Part shown: piece by piece, positions 48,998 to 58,516 of the stretch
Numbering within the stretch: the stretch's first letter is position 1
Layout of the letters: every line of letters begins with the position of its first letter
Origin: an uncultured Thermoleophilia bacterium
GTDB lineage: Bacteria > Actinomycetota > Thermoleophilia > UBA2241
DNA: 64,000 nt
Direction: 5' to 3'
Assembly: GCA_963702475.1 (NCBI GenBank)
Contig: CAVPCT010000006.1
Location: 192,001-256,000 of the forward strand
Made by a program: the position numbers and the translations under genes
Notes under the pieces: model-generated
Told to the model about the DNA's origin: nothing
Database searches by the model: none
What the model saw: the letters and a program-made list of their open reading frames with translations, nothing else

Positions 48998-49866
48998 GCG
49001 TACAGACTCCGCCCGCCCTCGCCGCCCGCGAGCTCACCTACCGCTACGGCGACGTGGTGGGCGTCAACGGGCTGTCGCTCGACGTGAGCGAGGGCCGGCG
49101 CCTGGCCATCGTCGGCGCGAACGGCGCCGGCAAGACGACGCTGCTCCTGCACCTGAACGGGACCCATCGTCCGCTTTCCGGAGAGGTGCTGCTGCGGGGG
49201 GCGCCGATCGCTTACGACCGCCAGGGGCTCACGGCGCTGCGCACCGCGGTGGGACTGGTCTTCCAGAACCCCGACGACCAGCTGTTCGCCGGCAGCGTGT
49301 TCCAGGACGTGTCGTTCGGACCGCTCAATATCGGCCTCTCGGAGGCTGCGGCACGCGAGCGCGTGGAGGACGCTCTGGATGCGCTGGAGATCGCGCATCT
49401 GCGCGACCGGCCCACGCACATGTTGAGCTACGGCCAGAAGAAGCGCGCCGCCATCGCCGGCGCTGTGGCCATGCGGCCGGACGTGCTGATCCTGGACGAG
49501 CCCATGGCCGGCCTCGACCCGAGCGGGTCGTGGCACCTCATGGGCCTGCTCACGCGGTTGCACGAGACGGGCACGACGCTCGTTGTCGCCACCCACGACA
49601 TGAGCCTCGCGTACGAGTGGGCCGACGAGGTCGCGGTGCTCCGCGCCGGCGCGATCGTGGCGCACGGCAAGCCCCAGGACGTGATGCACGACCCGGCAGA
49701 GCTCGCACACTGCGGCCTGCGCGTGCCGTGGGTCGCCGACGTCGCGCAGACCCTGCGTGCGTGCGGCGTGCTGCCGGCCGATGTGCCGCCGCCGCGCACG
49801 CGAGACGAGCTCAAGGAGCTCATCGCCGTGCGCTGCGGCCTGGGCCGGCCGGCGGAAGGGCGATAG
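48994..49866 (+). CDS. cbiO: Cobalt ECF transporter ATPase
   Basis: GANGAGKTT, VFQNPDDQLF, LSYGQKKR, ILDEP, ATHD. Confidence 0.93.
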   Translation: MSVQTPPALAARELTYRYGDVVGVNGLSLDVSEGRRLAIVGANGAGKTTLLLHLNGTHRPLSGEVLLRGAPIAYDRQGLTALRTAVGLVFQNPDDQLFAGSVFQDVSFGPLNIGLSEAAARERVEDALDALEIAHLRDRPTHMLSYGQKKRAAIAGAVAMRPDVLILDEPMAGLDPSGSWHLMGLLTRLHETGTTLVVATHDMSLAYEWADEVAVLRAGAIVAHGKPQDVMHDPAELAHCGLRVPWVADVAQTLRACGVLPADVPPPRTRDELKELIAVRCGLGRPAEGR

Positions 49867-49869
49867 GAG

Positions 49870-50691
49870 ATGCGCATGAGCAAAGGCGAACGGCTCGTCG
49901 CGGCTCTTGACCTTACGGAGCCGCTTCGTCGAGCAGCGATGCATGAGGCGGCCGCGGCGTTCGCCCCGGCGGCAGGCAGCCACGGCCTCGACGTCGGCTG
50001 CGGCACCGGCAGCCAGGCGCTGCTGCTGGCCGGGCTAGCCGGGTCCGGCGGACGCGTCACCGGCGTGGACATCTCCGGTGAGGTACTGGCGCGGGCCGCA
50101 GAGCATGCGGTTGCTGCCGGCCTCGCGGGCCACGTGGACTTCGTCGCCGGCGACATGGCCCGACTGCCCTTCGCCGATGACACCTTCGACTGGCTGTGGA
50201 GCGCCGACTGCGTCGGGTATCCCTGCGGCGACCCGCTGCCGGCCCTCCGCGAGGCGGTCCGCGTGGTCAGGCCGGGCGGCCGCGTCGCTGTCGTGGCGTG
50301 GACCTCGCAGGTGCTGCTGCCCGGCCACGCCATGCTGGAGGCGCGGCTCAACGCGACCTGCTCGGCCTACGCGCCGTACCTGCAGGCGGCGCCCGGCGAG
50401 ACACAGTTCCTCCGGGCGCCGGCGTGGTTCGCGGCGGCCGGTCTGACGGGCGCCGCCGTGCGCACCTTCGTCGGCGAGGTGCGCGAGCCTCTGGACGAGG
50501 ACGTCCGGGCGGCGCTGGCCGCCCTGTTCGAGATGCTGTGGGGCGCGCCGCAGCCGGGCGTCGCAGAGGCCGACGTGGCCGAGTTCCGGCGGCTGTGCCG
50601 CCCCGACTCGGCCGCGTTCATCGGCGACCTGCCCGGCTACTACGGCTTCTTCACGTACACCATGGTCGTCGGGACGGTGCTGTCCGCCTGA
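49870..50691 (+). CDS. Class I SAM-dependent methyltransferase, last gene of the cob operon
   Basis: LDVGCGTG, VTGVDIS, GDMARLPFADDTFD, VRPGG; begins 3 nt after the cbiO stop. Confidence 0.85.
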   Translation: MRMSKGERLVAALDLTEPLRRAAMHEAAAAFAPAAGSHGLDVGCGTGSQALLLAGLAGSGGRVTGVDISGEVLARAAEHAVAAGLAGHVDFVAGDMARLPFADDTFDWLWSADCVGYPCGDPLPALREAVRVVRPGGRVAVVAWTSQVLLPGHAMLEARLNATCSAYAPYLQAAPGETQFLRAPAWFAAAGLTGAAVRTFVGEVREPLDEDVRAALAALFEMLWGAPQPGVAEADVAEFRRLCRPDSAAFIGDLPGYYGFFTYTMVVGTVLSA

Positions 50692-50760
50692 GCGGTCCGC
50701 GGAGCCGGCCGTGACGAGTGGATACGCGGTCCGGCCGGGCCGGTGGCGGCCGCCTGCAGC

Positions 50761-52248
50761 TCAGCCCGCGAACGTCACCCCGTCGCGGCGGCACATGGCT
50801 CTGACGGCCTTGTGCCCCGACTGGGCGGCCGTGGTGATGCCGCCCCAGCTCTCCACCCACTGCCCGGCCATCCAGAAGCCGTCCAGGCCGGGGTGGTCGT
50901 ACCGCGGGCCGCCTCGGAGCAGCGCCCTCATCACGCCGGCGTCGGGACGCCGCGCCTGCATGGCGCCCATGCGGTTTCCGGTGTAGCGCTCTCTCGTCAG
51001 CGGTGTGGACACGTCCACGACCTCGACCCTCGCGGCGAAGCCCGGCCGGCGCTTGTCGATCTCCTCCACGACGAGTTCCGCGCACCTGCGCTTCTCGGCC
51101 TCGTAGGCCGGGCGGTCCGCGGCGAGATCCCGCCAGAAAGGGTAGCCGGACTCGAGGAAGACGGTCAGCGCGCTCTTGCCGGGCGGCGCGGCCTGCTTGT
51201 CGTGGTGCTTGTGGTGGACGGTGATGCGTGACTGCCGCCGGCCTCCGGCGCTCGGCTGGGCCGGCAAGAGGTACGTGCGTGCCGGCCCCTCCCACACCTC
51301 GTCCACGCCGAGGTTCACCTGCACCGGCTGGTCCGAGAGTCGGCCGAGGTCGAAGCGTCCGTCGTCCGGCTCCCCGAGCAGCGAGGTACGCGTGAACTGT
51401 CCGTCGACGGCCGAGAGTGAACGGTCGGCGCCGACGATCTCGCCGCAGTCGAGCACCACGCCAGTCACGGCCCCTGCAGACGTCCGTAGGCCCGTCACCT
51501 TCGTCCGGTAGCGGATCTCGCCACCCAGGTCGAGGAAGCGCCGCTCGATGGCGCGGGCGAAGTCCAGCCAGCCGTGCCGCGGGATCCCCGTCAGCCGTCG
51601 ATGGGCGTAGGCGAGCGGGAGCAGCACCGTGAGCAGGGGGACGTCGGGCCCACCGAAGTGGACGAGGTTGTTGAAGACCTGGTAGCAGAACGGGTCCCTG
51701 ATCCGGCGGTCGAACTCGCGCAGGGTCAGACGGCCGTAGCGTACGACTGCCGGGAGGCTGAGGAGTTGCGCGGCTGTGTCGCGGGCGCGCCGGCCTGCCC
51801 TGCCGCGGCCGTCTCCGGAGGGAAAGGGGATGTCCAGACGGGCGCAGGCGCGAAGCGCCTTCGTGAAGTCACACACCTGGCCGGCGTCGAGCGGGAACTC
51901 GTCGAGGAAGTGCGCCTCGAGGCGGTCGATGTCGGTGTAGACCGTGACGCTCCGGCCGGAGGGATCGACGACGCTGCCGAAGTCCTCGGGGTCGTACAGG
52001 GGGCAGCCGTCGATGACGCCGAGGTCCTGCCAGAGACGGTAGATGGGCGCCGACGGCCCGGTACCGGCCAGCCCGGCTACGCTGCCATCGAAGAGGTAGC
52101 CCTTGCGGCGCCACGAAGTGCAGAGGCCGCCGGGCAGATCGTGCATCTCGAGGATCGTCACGCGGTAGCCGCTGCGGGCGGCGTAGATGCCGGCCGAGAG
52201 GCCGGCCACGCCGCCGCCGATGACGACGAGGCGATGCGCCGGGCTCAC
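50761..52248 (-). CDS. FAD-dependent oxidoreductase, phytoene dehydrogenase family
   Basis: IGGGVAGLSAG, PGGLCTSWRRKGYLFDG, DVSTPLTRERYTGN, GQWVESWGG. Confidence 0.88.
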   Translation of the reverse strand: MSPAHRLVVIGGGVAGLSAGIYAARSGYRVTILEMHDLPGGLCTSWRRKGYLFDGSVAGLAGTGPSAPIYRLWQDLGVIDGCPLYDPEDFGSVVDPSGRSVTVYTDIDRLEAHFLDEFPLDAGQVCDFTKALRACARLDIPFPSGDGRGRAGRRARDTAAQLLSLPAVVRYGRLTLREFDRRIRDPFCYQVFNNLVHFGGPDVPLLTVLLPLAYAHRRLTGIPRHGWLDFARAIERRFLDLGGEIRYRTKVTGLRTSAGAVTGVVLDCGEIVGADRSLSAVDGQFTRTSLLGEPDDGRFDLGRLSDQPVQVNLGVDEVWEGPARTYLLPAQPSAGGRRQSRITVHHKHHDKQAAPPGKSALTVFLESGYPFWRDLAADRPAYEAEKRRCAELVVEEIDKRRPGFAARVEVVDVSTPLTRERYTGNRMGAMQARRPDAGVMRALLRGGPRYDHPGLDGFWMAGQWVESWGGITTAAQSGHKAVRAMCRRDGVTFAG

Positions 52249-52841
52249 GGCTCGACCTCCTGCGACTCGGCGGAAGGAACCGCGAGGGCGCAGAGCCGCG
52301 CCAGAAGCGCGTCCCGCTGCGCCTTGTCGCTCACGTCAGCGCCGAGCCACTCGGCGCACCCCTGCGGACGCAGGACGAACTGGTGGATCACGGCCGTCAT
52401 CGCCCACACGCGGAAGCGGACCTCGGCGTCCGGCAGCCGTCGGTCCGCGTGCCGGACGAGACCGGCGAAGGCCTCCATGGTCTCGCGCGTGAGGCTCGGG
52501 CCGGCCCCGCCCACGTCCAGCTCGCTGCGCAGCGCGAGCGTCGCCGCGACGGGTTCGTCGAAGAGGAAGTCGCACACGCGCACCAGGTTGGCGAGCAGCC
52601 CGGGGCCGGTGGACCCGGGCGCCATGTCTCGCGCGGCGAAGTAGTCGCCGATGATCGTTCTCACCGCCTCGCGCACGAGGCTCTCCTTGGCGCCGAAGTG
52701 GTAATTGACCGCGTTCAGGTTGGCGCCGGCCCTGTCGACCACCCTTCGGATGGTGACCTGCTCCGGCGCCCGCGCCTCCCTGATGAGATCGACGGTCGCG
52801 TCGAGGATGGCGGTCCGCGTGGTTCGTGGCTCCTCGTTCAT
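52245..52841 (-). CDS. TetR/AcrR family regulator
   Basis: TRTAILDAT...TIRRVVDRAGANLNAVNYHFGAKESL; overlaps the downstream oxidoreductase start. Confidence 0.88.
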   Translation of the reverse strand: MNEEPRTTRTAILDATVDLIREARAPEQVTIRRVVDRAGANLNAVNYHFGAKESLVREAVRTIIGDYFAARDMAPGSTGPGLLANLVRVCDFLFDEPVAATLALRSELDVGGAGPSLTRETMEAFAGLVRHADRRLPDAEVRFRVWAMTAVIHQFVLRPQGCAEWLGADVSDKAQRDALLARLCALAVPSAESQEVEP

Positions 52842-52862
52842 ACAACGTTTTATACAATGTAT
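52840..52862. promoter_or_regulatory. AT-rich imperfect palindromes at the TetR start; probable autoregulatory operator
   Basis: ATACAACGTTTTAT followed by overlapping ATACAATGTAT. Confidence 0.5.
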
Positions 52863-52897
52863 CAGCGTCGCGCGTCAAGGCCTGATACCCTCGGCCC

Positions 52898-53575
52898 ATG
52901 GGCGGACACACGCCTCACGACGACGATCTGGCCGACCTCTTCCATCGCAACAGGGCCTGGGCCGCCAGGTGCGTCGCCGCCGACCCCGGGTTCTTCGCGC
53001 GCCTGCGGAGCATCCAGCGACCCGACCTGCTGTGGATCGGCTGCTCAGACAGCCGTGTTCCCGCCAACGAGATCGTCGGTCTGGCGCCCGGGGAGCTCTT
53101 CGTCCACCGCAACGTGGCCAACCTCGTCCCGGTCACCGACGTCAACGCCATGGCCGTCATCGAGTACGCCGTCTCGGCGCTCGGCGTGCGGCACATCATC
53201 GTCTGCGGGCACTACGGGTGCGGCGGCGTGCGTGCTGCCCTTGAGGGCCACCAGCCGGGCGCCGTTGCTCTCTGGCTCCAGCCGCTGCGCAACCTGGCCG
53301 ACGAGCGCCGCGACGAGCTGGACGGCCTGCCGTCCGATCAGGCCCGCTGGGACCGGCTGTGCGAGCTCAACGTAGCGGCGCAGGTGCACGCCGTGGCGCG
53401 GTCGGAGGTCGTCGAGTCAGCGCTGGAGCGAGGTGTGCCGCTCGCGGTGCACGGCTGGATCTATGATCTCGGGGACGGCCTCTTGCGCGACCTCGAGGTC
53501 ACCGTTGGACTCGCCGCGGGAAGTGGGCACCAGGCTGGCCCGGCGGCACCCGCTCCTGGCTCGGGAGGGCACTGA
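52898..53575 (+). CDS. can: Beta-class carbonic anhydrase
   Basis: WIGCSDSRVP, GELFVHRNVAN, HIIVCGHYGCGGV, CELNV, HGWIY. Confidence 0.95.
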   Translation: MGGHTPHDDDLADLFHRNRAWAARCVAADPGFFARLRSIQRPDLLWIGCSDSRVPANEIVGLAPGELFVHRNVANLVPVTDVNAMAVIEYAVSALGVRHIIVCGHYGCGGVRAALEGHQPGAVALWLQPLRNLADERRDELDGLPSDQARWDRLCELNVAAQVHAVARSEVVESALERGVPLAVHGWIYDLGDGLLRDLEVTVGLAAGSGHQAGPAAPAPGSGGH

Positions 53576-53576
53576 G

Positions 53577-53729
53577 GTGTTCCACGACATCCCCGCACCG
53601 GTCGAGGCCCGCATGGACGAGCTCCACCGGCTCAACGTGCGGCAGCGCGCCGAAGGCATGCCGCGCCTTCGGGGGAACGGCCCGGTGCCGGTGAGCGGAG
53701 AACGGCCGGGGCGCCTGAGGCGCGCCTGA
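53577..53729 (+). pseudogene. Possible truncated 5' remnant of an O-methyltransferase-like gene
   Basis: GGAGGG RBS; MFHDIPAPVEARMDELHRLNVRQRAEGMPR resembles, from memory, N-termini of an O-methyltransferase family, then ends abruptly next to the convergent TetR. Confidence 0.35.
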
Positions 53730-53755
53730 GGGACTGACTCGCCCCCGGCGTTCAG

Positions 53756-54418
53756 TCAGGGCGGAGCGAGCAGGCCGCGGGCCAGCGCCCTGATCCCGTA
53801 CTCGAAGTCGGCTCCAAGGAAGTCCTCCGCGCGCACCGGCGCGCTGCGGAGGTGGGGGGACCCATCCTCCGGGCACGCCGCTTCCTGCTCCGCGGGCTGC
53901 CCGGCGGCGTTCTCCCGGCCGTCGCACTCCACCGCCAGGCCGACGAGCCCTCTCACGACCGCCGCGACCGCGTTCATGCCGGCCATGGCGCGGGATGGCG
54001 GCAGGCCGGCGTCCGAGAGGATACCGAGCAGTACCTCGACGGGTCGCATCGCCGTGGCGGTGGCCGGGCTGCGGGTGAGCACGATGGGCAGCGCTCGCGC
54101 GTGCGCGAGCAGGGCGTCGCGGTAGGACAAGGCGGCTCGCAGTATGCGTTCTTCGGCGGGCGCCGACCGGTCGTCATCGTCCAGGGCGATCTCTGCCATC
54201 ACTGCCTCGACGATGGCGTCGAGCAGGGCGTCCTTGTTCGGCAGGTGGTAGTACACGGCCATCGGATCGACGCCGAGATCGGCGCCGAGACGGCGCATGG
54301 AGAGGGCCTCGGGGCCGTCACTGTCCACGAGATCGAGCGCCGTGGCCACGATTCGTTCGCGCGTGAGGGGTGTGTCCGGCGCTTTCTTGCGTGCGCCCGC
54401 GGCGCTGCTGTCGCTCAT
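53756..54418 (-). CDS. TetR family regulator with TetR_C-like domain
   Basis: LTRERIVATALDLVDSDGPEALSMRRLGADLGVDPMAVYYHLPNKDALLD...FEYGI. Confidence 0.92.
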   Translation of the reverse strand: MSDSSAAGARKKAPDTPLTRERIVATALDLVDSDGPEALSMRRLGADLGVDPMAVYYHLPNKDALLDAIVEAVMAEIALDDDDRSAPAEERILRAALSYRDALLAHARALPIVLTRSPATATAMRPVEVLLGILSDAGLPPSRAMAGMNAVAAVVRGLVGLAVECDGRENAAGQPAEQEAACPEDGSPHLRSAPVRAEDFLGADFEYGIRALARGLLAPP

Positions 54419-54441
54419 GCGCGGCTGCCTTTCGCCAGTGG

Positions 54442-54497
54442 TTGACACCCGTATTCTACACCGTAGAATGAGCACGTCATGTTCTACACCGTAGAAC
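54442..54497 (+). promoter_or_regulatory. Sigma70 promoter with two TetR operator palindromes
   Basis: TTGACA (54442-54447), 16 nt spacer, TAGAAT (54464-54469); ATTCTAC-ACC-GTAGAAT (54453-54469) and GTTCTAC-ACC-GTAGAAC (54481-54497). Confidence 0.85.
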
Positions 54498-54507
54498 CGA
54501 GGAGCGG

Positions 54508-55605
54508 ATGAGTGGTGTGACGAGCAAGGGATCCCTGGCACTCGAGACGCGTCTCGAAGGGATCCTCGCGAAGTACGAGGCGCGTTCCGACACCGGGGCC
54601 GTGCGCTTCGCCCTCGCCTCGCCTTCTCGCGGCTGGAGCTGGGAGCGGACTCTCGATGCAGCCTCCGGCAGGGGCCAGTACTTCATCGCCAGCGCCACCA
54701 AGCTGTACGTGACGGCCCTCGCGATGCAGTTGAGGCACGAGGGCCTGCTCGATCTCTCGGCTCCTGCGGCGGCCTACCTCGATGCGCCGGTCATCGCCGG
54801 TATCCACGTGCTCGACGGCGTCGACTCCAGCGCTCGCGTCACGGTCGCCGAGCTGCTCTCCCACACCTCGGGCATCGCCGACTACTTCGAGCAACGCCGG
54901 CACGACGGGACCACGACCATCGGCAGGGCGCTCGATGAGGACTTCTCCTGGAGCCTGGACGAGGTGCTGCGCATCACCAGGGAGGACCTCACGCCGCGAT
55001 TCCCGCCGTCGTCTCCCGGCAGGGCGTTCTACTCGGATACCAACTACCAGCTGCTCGGGGCAGTCGTCGAGGCCGTCACCGGGACCTCGTACGAGGAGGC
55101 CCTGCGCTCGCGGATCCTGGAGCCTCTGCGTCTCGTGGACACCTACCCCTTCACGCGCGAGACGCTCGACAAGTACGTCACTGTGGACGACATGCTCCAC
55201 GGCGCACGGCGCATCTCGATACCGTGCGCGATGGCCTCGGTGCGCGCAGACGGTGGGATCGTCTCGACGGTCGGCGACGGTGTCGCCTTTCTGGAGGCGT
55301 TCATGACTGGTGGGCTGTTCCCGGAGGAGTACCTCGCCGAGCTGCAACGCCGCTGGACGCCCATCTTCCGTCCCCTCGAGTACGGCGTCGGCATCATGAG
55401 GTTGTCGCTCCCGCGCTACTACACGATGTTCACGAGCGTCCCGCCGATGGTCGGTCACTCCGGCGCATCCGGCGCAGTGCTGTTCTTCGTGCCCGATCTG
55501 GACCTGTATGTGTCGGGGACGGTCAACCAGGTGAAGAAACGCAGCCTGTCGTACAACGTGATGGTGCGCCTCGTGACGGCGTGCCGGGCCGCATGGAGGC
55601 GCTGA
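54508..55605 (+). CDS. Serine hydrolase, beta-lactamase/transpeptidase-like family
   Basis: FIASATK (SxxK), LLSHTSGI, FYSDTNYQLLG, ADGGIVST, GHSG. Confidence 0.88.
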   Translation: MSGVTSKGSLALETRLEGILAKYEARSDTGAVRFALASPSRGWSWERTLDAASGRGQYFIASATKLYVTALAMQLRHEGLLDLSAPAAAYLDAPVIAGIHVLDGVDSSARVTVAELLSHTSGIADYFEQRRHDGTTTIGRALDEDFSWSLDEVLRITREDLTPRFPPSSPGRAFYSDTNYQLLGAVVEAVTGTSYEEALRSRILEPLRLVDTYPFTRETLDKYVTVDDMLHGARRISIPCAMASVRADGGIVSTVGDGVAFLEAFMTGGLFPEEYLAELQRRWTPIFRPLEYGVGIMRLSLPRYYTMFTSVPPMVGHSGASGAVLFFVPDLDLYVSGTVNQVKKRSLSYNVMVRLVTACRAAWRR

Positions 55606-55606
55606 G

Positions 55607-56692
55607 ATGACGGTGCCCGGTGTCGAGCAAGACTCCATCCTGCTGGTCGGCGGGACAGGCGTGGTCGGCCGCCAGATAGCCGAGGCGGTACGCAGGCGGC
55701 ACCCCGAGCTGTCGCTCGTCCTCGCCAGCCGGGACTCCGCGAGGGCGGCCGCCGTCGCGGCCGAATCGGGCGCCGCGGCCGGCGTCGCCGTCGACGTGAG
55801 CCGTCCGGCGCCGCTCGCCATCGCGCCCGCCGCCGTGATCTCGGCGGTCAACGACCCGGGCGACCATCTGCTCGCCGACGCCCTTCGCCTGGGTGTACCG
55901 TTCCTCGATATCGCGCGCTGGACGGACCGCGTCAGGTCGGCGTCGGCGCTCGTTCGAGCCGGAGACCCCAAGGCGCCCGTGCTTCTCTCCTCCGGCTGGA
56001 TGGGCGGGATCTGCGCGACGCTCGCGGCCGGGGTGGCTGCGGAGATGAGCGCGGTTGACAGCATCGATATCAGCGTCCTTTATGCCCTCAAGGACAAGGC
56101 GGGCCCCGACTCGGCCGAGTACATGGACCGCCTGGCCACGCCCTTCGTGGTGACGATCAACGGTGACATCCGGGTGGTGAAGCCGTTGAGCGACGGGCGC
56201 CGCGTCAGCTTCCCCGGCGGCGGACGCTCCAAGGTCTATCGCTTCGACACGCCGGACCAGCTCACGCTGCCGGCGACGACAGGCGCCGGTACTGTTGCGG
56301 CGCGCATCGGCTTCGACGACGCCTTCACGACGTCGCTCCTCGTGGGGCTCGTGAGGTCGGGCCTCTGGAGGCTGATCAGCGGCGAGCGTTTCACCGGCCT
56401 GCGTCGCCGGGTGCTGTACAACCCCGGCGAGGGGGCCGGCCATCATGTGCTCGTCGACGTGCGTGGCCGGGAAGCCGGCGGGCGGGAGGTGCGTCGGCGC
56501 GTCGCCATCGGCGATCCGCTCGGCCAGACGCACCTCACGGCCGTGGCCGCGCTCGTTCAGCTCGAACGCCTGCTGGGCCTCGACGGCGCGCCGCCGCCCG
56601 AGCCCGGGCTGGTGTACCCGGACACGGCGCCCCGGCTCGAGGCGGCGCTTCAGACGCTCGGGGAGTCCGGCGTCTCCGTCACCGTGCGCTGA
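55607..56692 (+). CDS. Saccharopine dehydrogenase-like NAD(P)-binding oxidoreductase
   Basis: LLVGGTGVVG, VNDPGD, LDIARW, SGWMGG, GQTHLTA. Confidence 0.8.
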   Translation: MTVPGVEQDSILLVGGTGVVGRQIAEAVRRRHPELSLVLASRDSARAAAVAAESGAAAGVAVDVSRPAPLAIAPAAVISAVNDPGDHLLADALRLGVPFLDIARWTDRVRSASALVRAGDPKAPVLLSSGWMGGICATLAAGVAAEMSAVDSIDISVLYALKDKAGPDSAEYMDRLATPFVVTINGDIRVVKPLSDGRRVSFPGGGRSKVYRFDTPDQLTLPATTGAGTVAARIGFDDAFTTSLLVGLVRSGLWRLISGERFTGLRRRVLYNPGEGAGHHVLVDVRGREAGGREVRRRVAIGDPLGQTHLTAVAALVQLERLLGLDGAPPPEPGLVYPDTAPRLEAALQTLGESGVSVTVR

Positions 56693-56742
56693 TGTACCAC
56701 GTTGTCTGACGGCCGCGGTCCCCACGCCCTCAGGAGGTGACC

Positions 56743-57567
56743 ATGGCCCGCAGCGAGACCCGTATCCTCACCGGAAGGGCGCTCGTCGGCGCCCTCGCGA
56801 CGTCGCTGGCGCTGCTCGTCGCCGTGGCCCCGGCCGGCCTCGTCCCAGACGCGTCCGCGGCCGCGACTGCTCTGAAGGGCAAGGTGTGGACCGCCACGTA
56901 CGTCCGGGGTATCGGGGAGGTCCCGCCGTCTGCATCGTTCACGTCGACGGCGGAGTTCGGCTCCAGGACCGTGCGGGGCCGTGGCGCGGTGAACTCGTAT
57001 CGGGCCCGGTACATCGCGCGGGGCGACGGCACCATCCGCATCTTCGACCCCGTGTCGACGCTGACGGCAGGGACGCCCGAGGCCGACGCGCAGGAGCGCG
57101 CGTTCTTCAAGGCGCTGAGCAGGTCGGCCACCTTCCGGATCTCGGGCGATGTCCTCAAGCTGCGAGGCAGGCACGGTGGGCTGGTGATCGCCTTCGTCGC
57201 CAGTCCCGCGGGCCTGCTCGCCGGCACGTCATGGAAGGCGGTCGAGGTCACCGGCGCCGAAGGCGGGCTCAGACCGCTCATCGCCGGCAGCGAGATCACC
57301 GCCGTGTTCGGCACCGACGGCCGCTTGGGCGGCCGCGCGAGCATCAATCTCTACGGCACGACGTACGAGGAGAGGGACGGCGGGGCGCTCACCATCGACC
57401 CGCGCATCATCAGCACCCTGATCGCGGGTCCCGAAGAGCCCATGGCGCAGGAGCAGGCCTATCTCGCCGCTCTGCCGCGCGTGATCGCGTACGAGATCGT
57501 CGGCGACGGACTGTGGCTGCGCGACGCCCGTGGTGCGCCGCTCGCACACTTCGCCGCGGGGCACTAG
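56743..57567 (+). CDS. Secreted protein with two META (HslJ-like) domains
   Basis: Signal peptide; two copies of W...TA.F...G...N.Y...STL.AG...QE..(F/Y)..AL; CAGGAGG RBS. Confidence 0.8.
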   Translation: MARSETRILTGRALVGALATSLALLVAVAPAGLVPDASAAATALKGKVWTATYVRGIGEVPPSASFTSTAEFGSRTVRGRGAVNSYRARYIARGDGTIRIFDPVSTLTAGTPEADAQERAFFKALSRSATFRISGDVLKLRGRHGGLVIAFVASPAGLLAGTSWKAVEVTGAEGGLRPLIAGSEITAVFGTDGRLGGRASINLYGTTYEERDGGALTIDPRIISTLIAGPEEPMAQEQAYLAALPRVIAYEIVGDGLWLRDARGAPLAHFAAGH

Positions 57568-57689
57568 GCGCACGCCGGCGGTCCGGCGCCGCGGCGGACG
57601 TGGCCCGGGGGCGCAGGCGTGCGAACCCGGCAGCCGCAAGCGGGAGTCTCTCTCCCGACACGACACCCCTGCGGCCTCAGGAGGTCGCC

Positions 57690-58516
57690 ATGACACGCAC
57701 CCTGGCCGGATCGCCGGCGCACACGCTCCTCACCGTCGCCGCCGGCGTGCTGCTGGTCGCCGGCCTGCCGCTGCTGGCCGTCGCCTGCGGCGCATCCGGC
57801 TCCTCGTCCGGTGCGACGGCGGCGCTCGAAGACAAGCTCTGGACCGCGACGCAGATCGACGGCGTCGAGGAGCTCCCGCCCGCCGACGAGTCCGCCTCGA
57901 CGGCCAGGTTCGTGGACGGCACGGTCGGTGGCTCCGGCGGCGTGAACAGCTACAGCGCCTCGTACGTGGCCACAGACGACGGGACTCTCGACATCCAGCG
58001 ACCGGTCTCCACGCTGATGGCGGGACCGCCCGCGGCGAACCAGCAGGAGACGGCCTTCTTCGCGGCGCTGATCGCGGCCGAGACCTTCGCGGTCGACGGC
58101 GACACCCTCAAGCTGTTCGGGCCGCAGGACAAGCTTCTCGTCACCTTCGCCTTCACGCCTCCCACGGAGTTGACCGGCACCACCTGGAGCGCTCTGGCCT
58201 ACAACAACGGCAGGGGAGGGCTCCAGTCGCTCGCCGCCGGCAGCCAGATCACCGCGGTGTACGGGGACGACGAGAGCCTGACCGGTGGGGCGAGCGTCAA
58301 CACTTACTCCACGACGTACGTCGCCGAGGCGGACGGAGGGATGACCATCAGTCCGCAGATCGTCGTGACCGAGATGGCGGGCCCGGAGGAGCTCATGGAG
58401 CAGGAGCAGGCCTACCTCGCGGCGCTGCCGCGCACCGCCACCTACAGCATCGAGGGCGATGAGCTGTGGCTGCGCGATGCCGACGGGGCAGCGCTCGCGC
58501 ACTACGTGGCAAGTGA
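57690..58516 (+). CDS. Lipoprotein with two META domains; probable stop at 58514-58516 masked by an indel (ORF track extends to 58637)
   Basis: Lipobox LLAVAC; GGSGGVNSY, STLMAGP...QETAFFAAL, ITAVYG...VNTY...EQEQAYLAALP. Confidence 0.8.

Noticed and set aside
54453-54497. Two near-identical 17-bp repeats as a mini-CRISPR
   Set aside because: Only two copies with an 11-bp gap, overlapping a promoter beside a TetR gene. They fit operators, and no cas genes are present.
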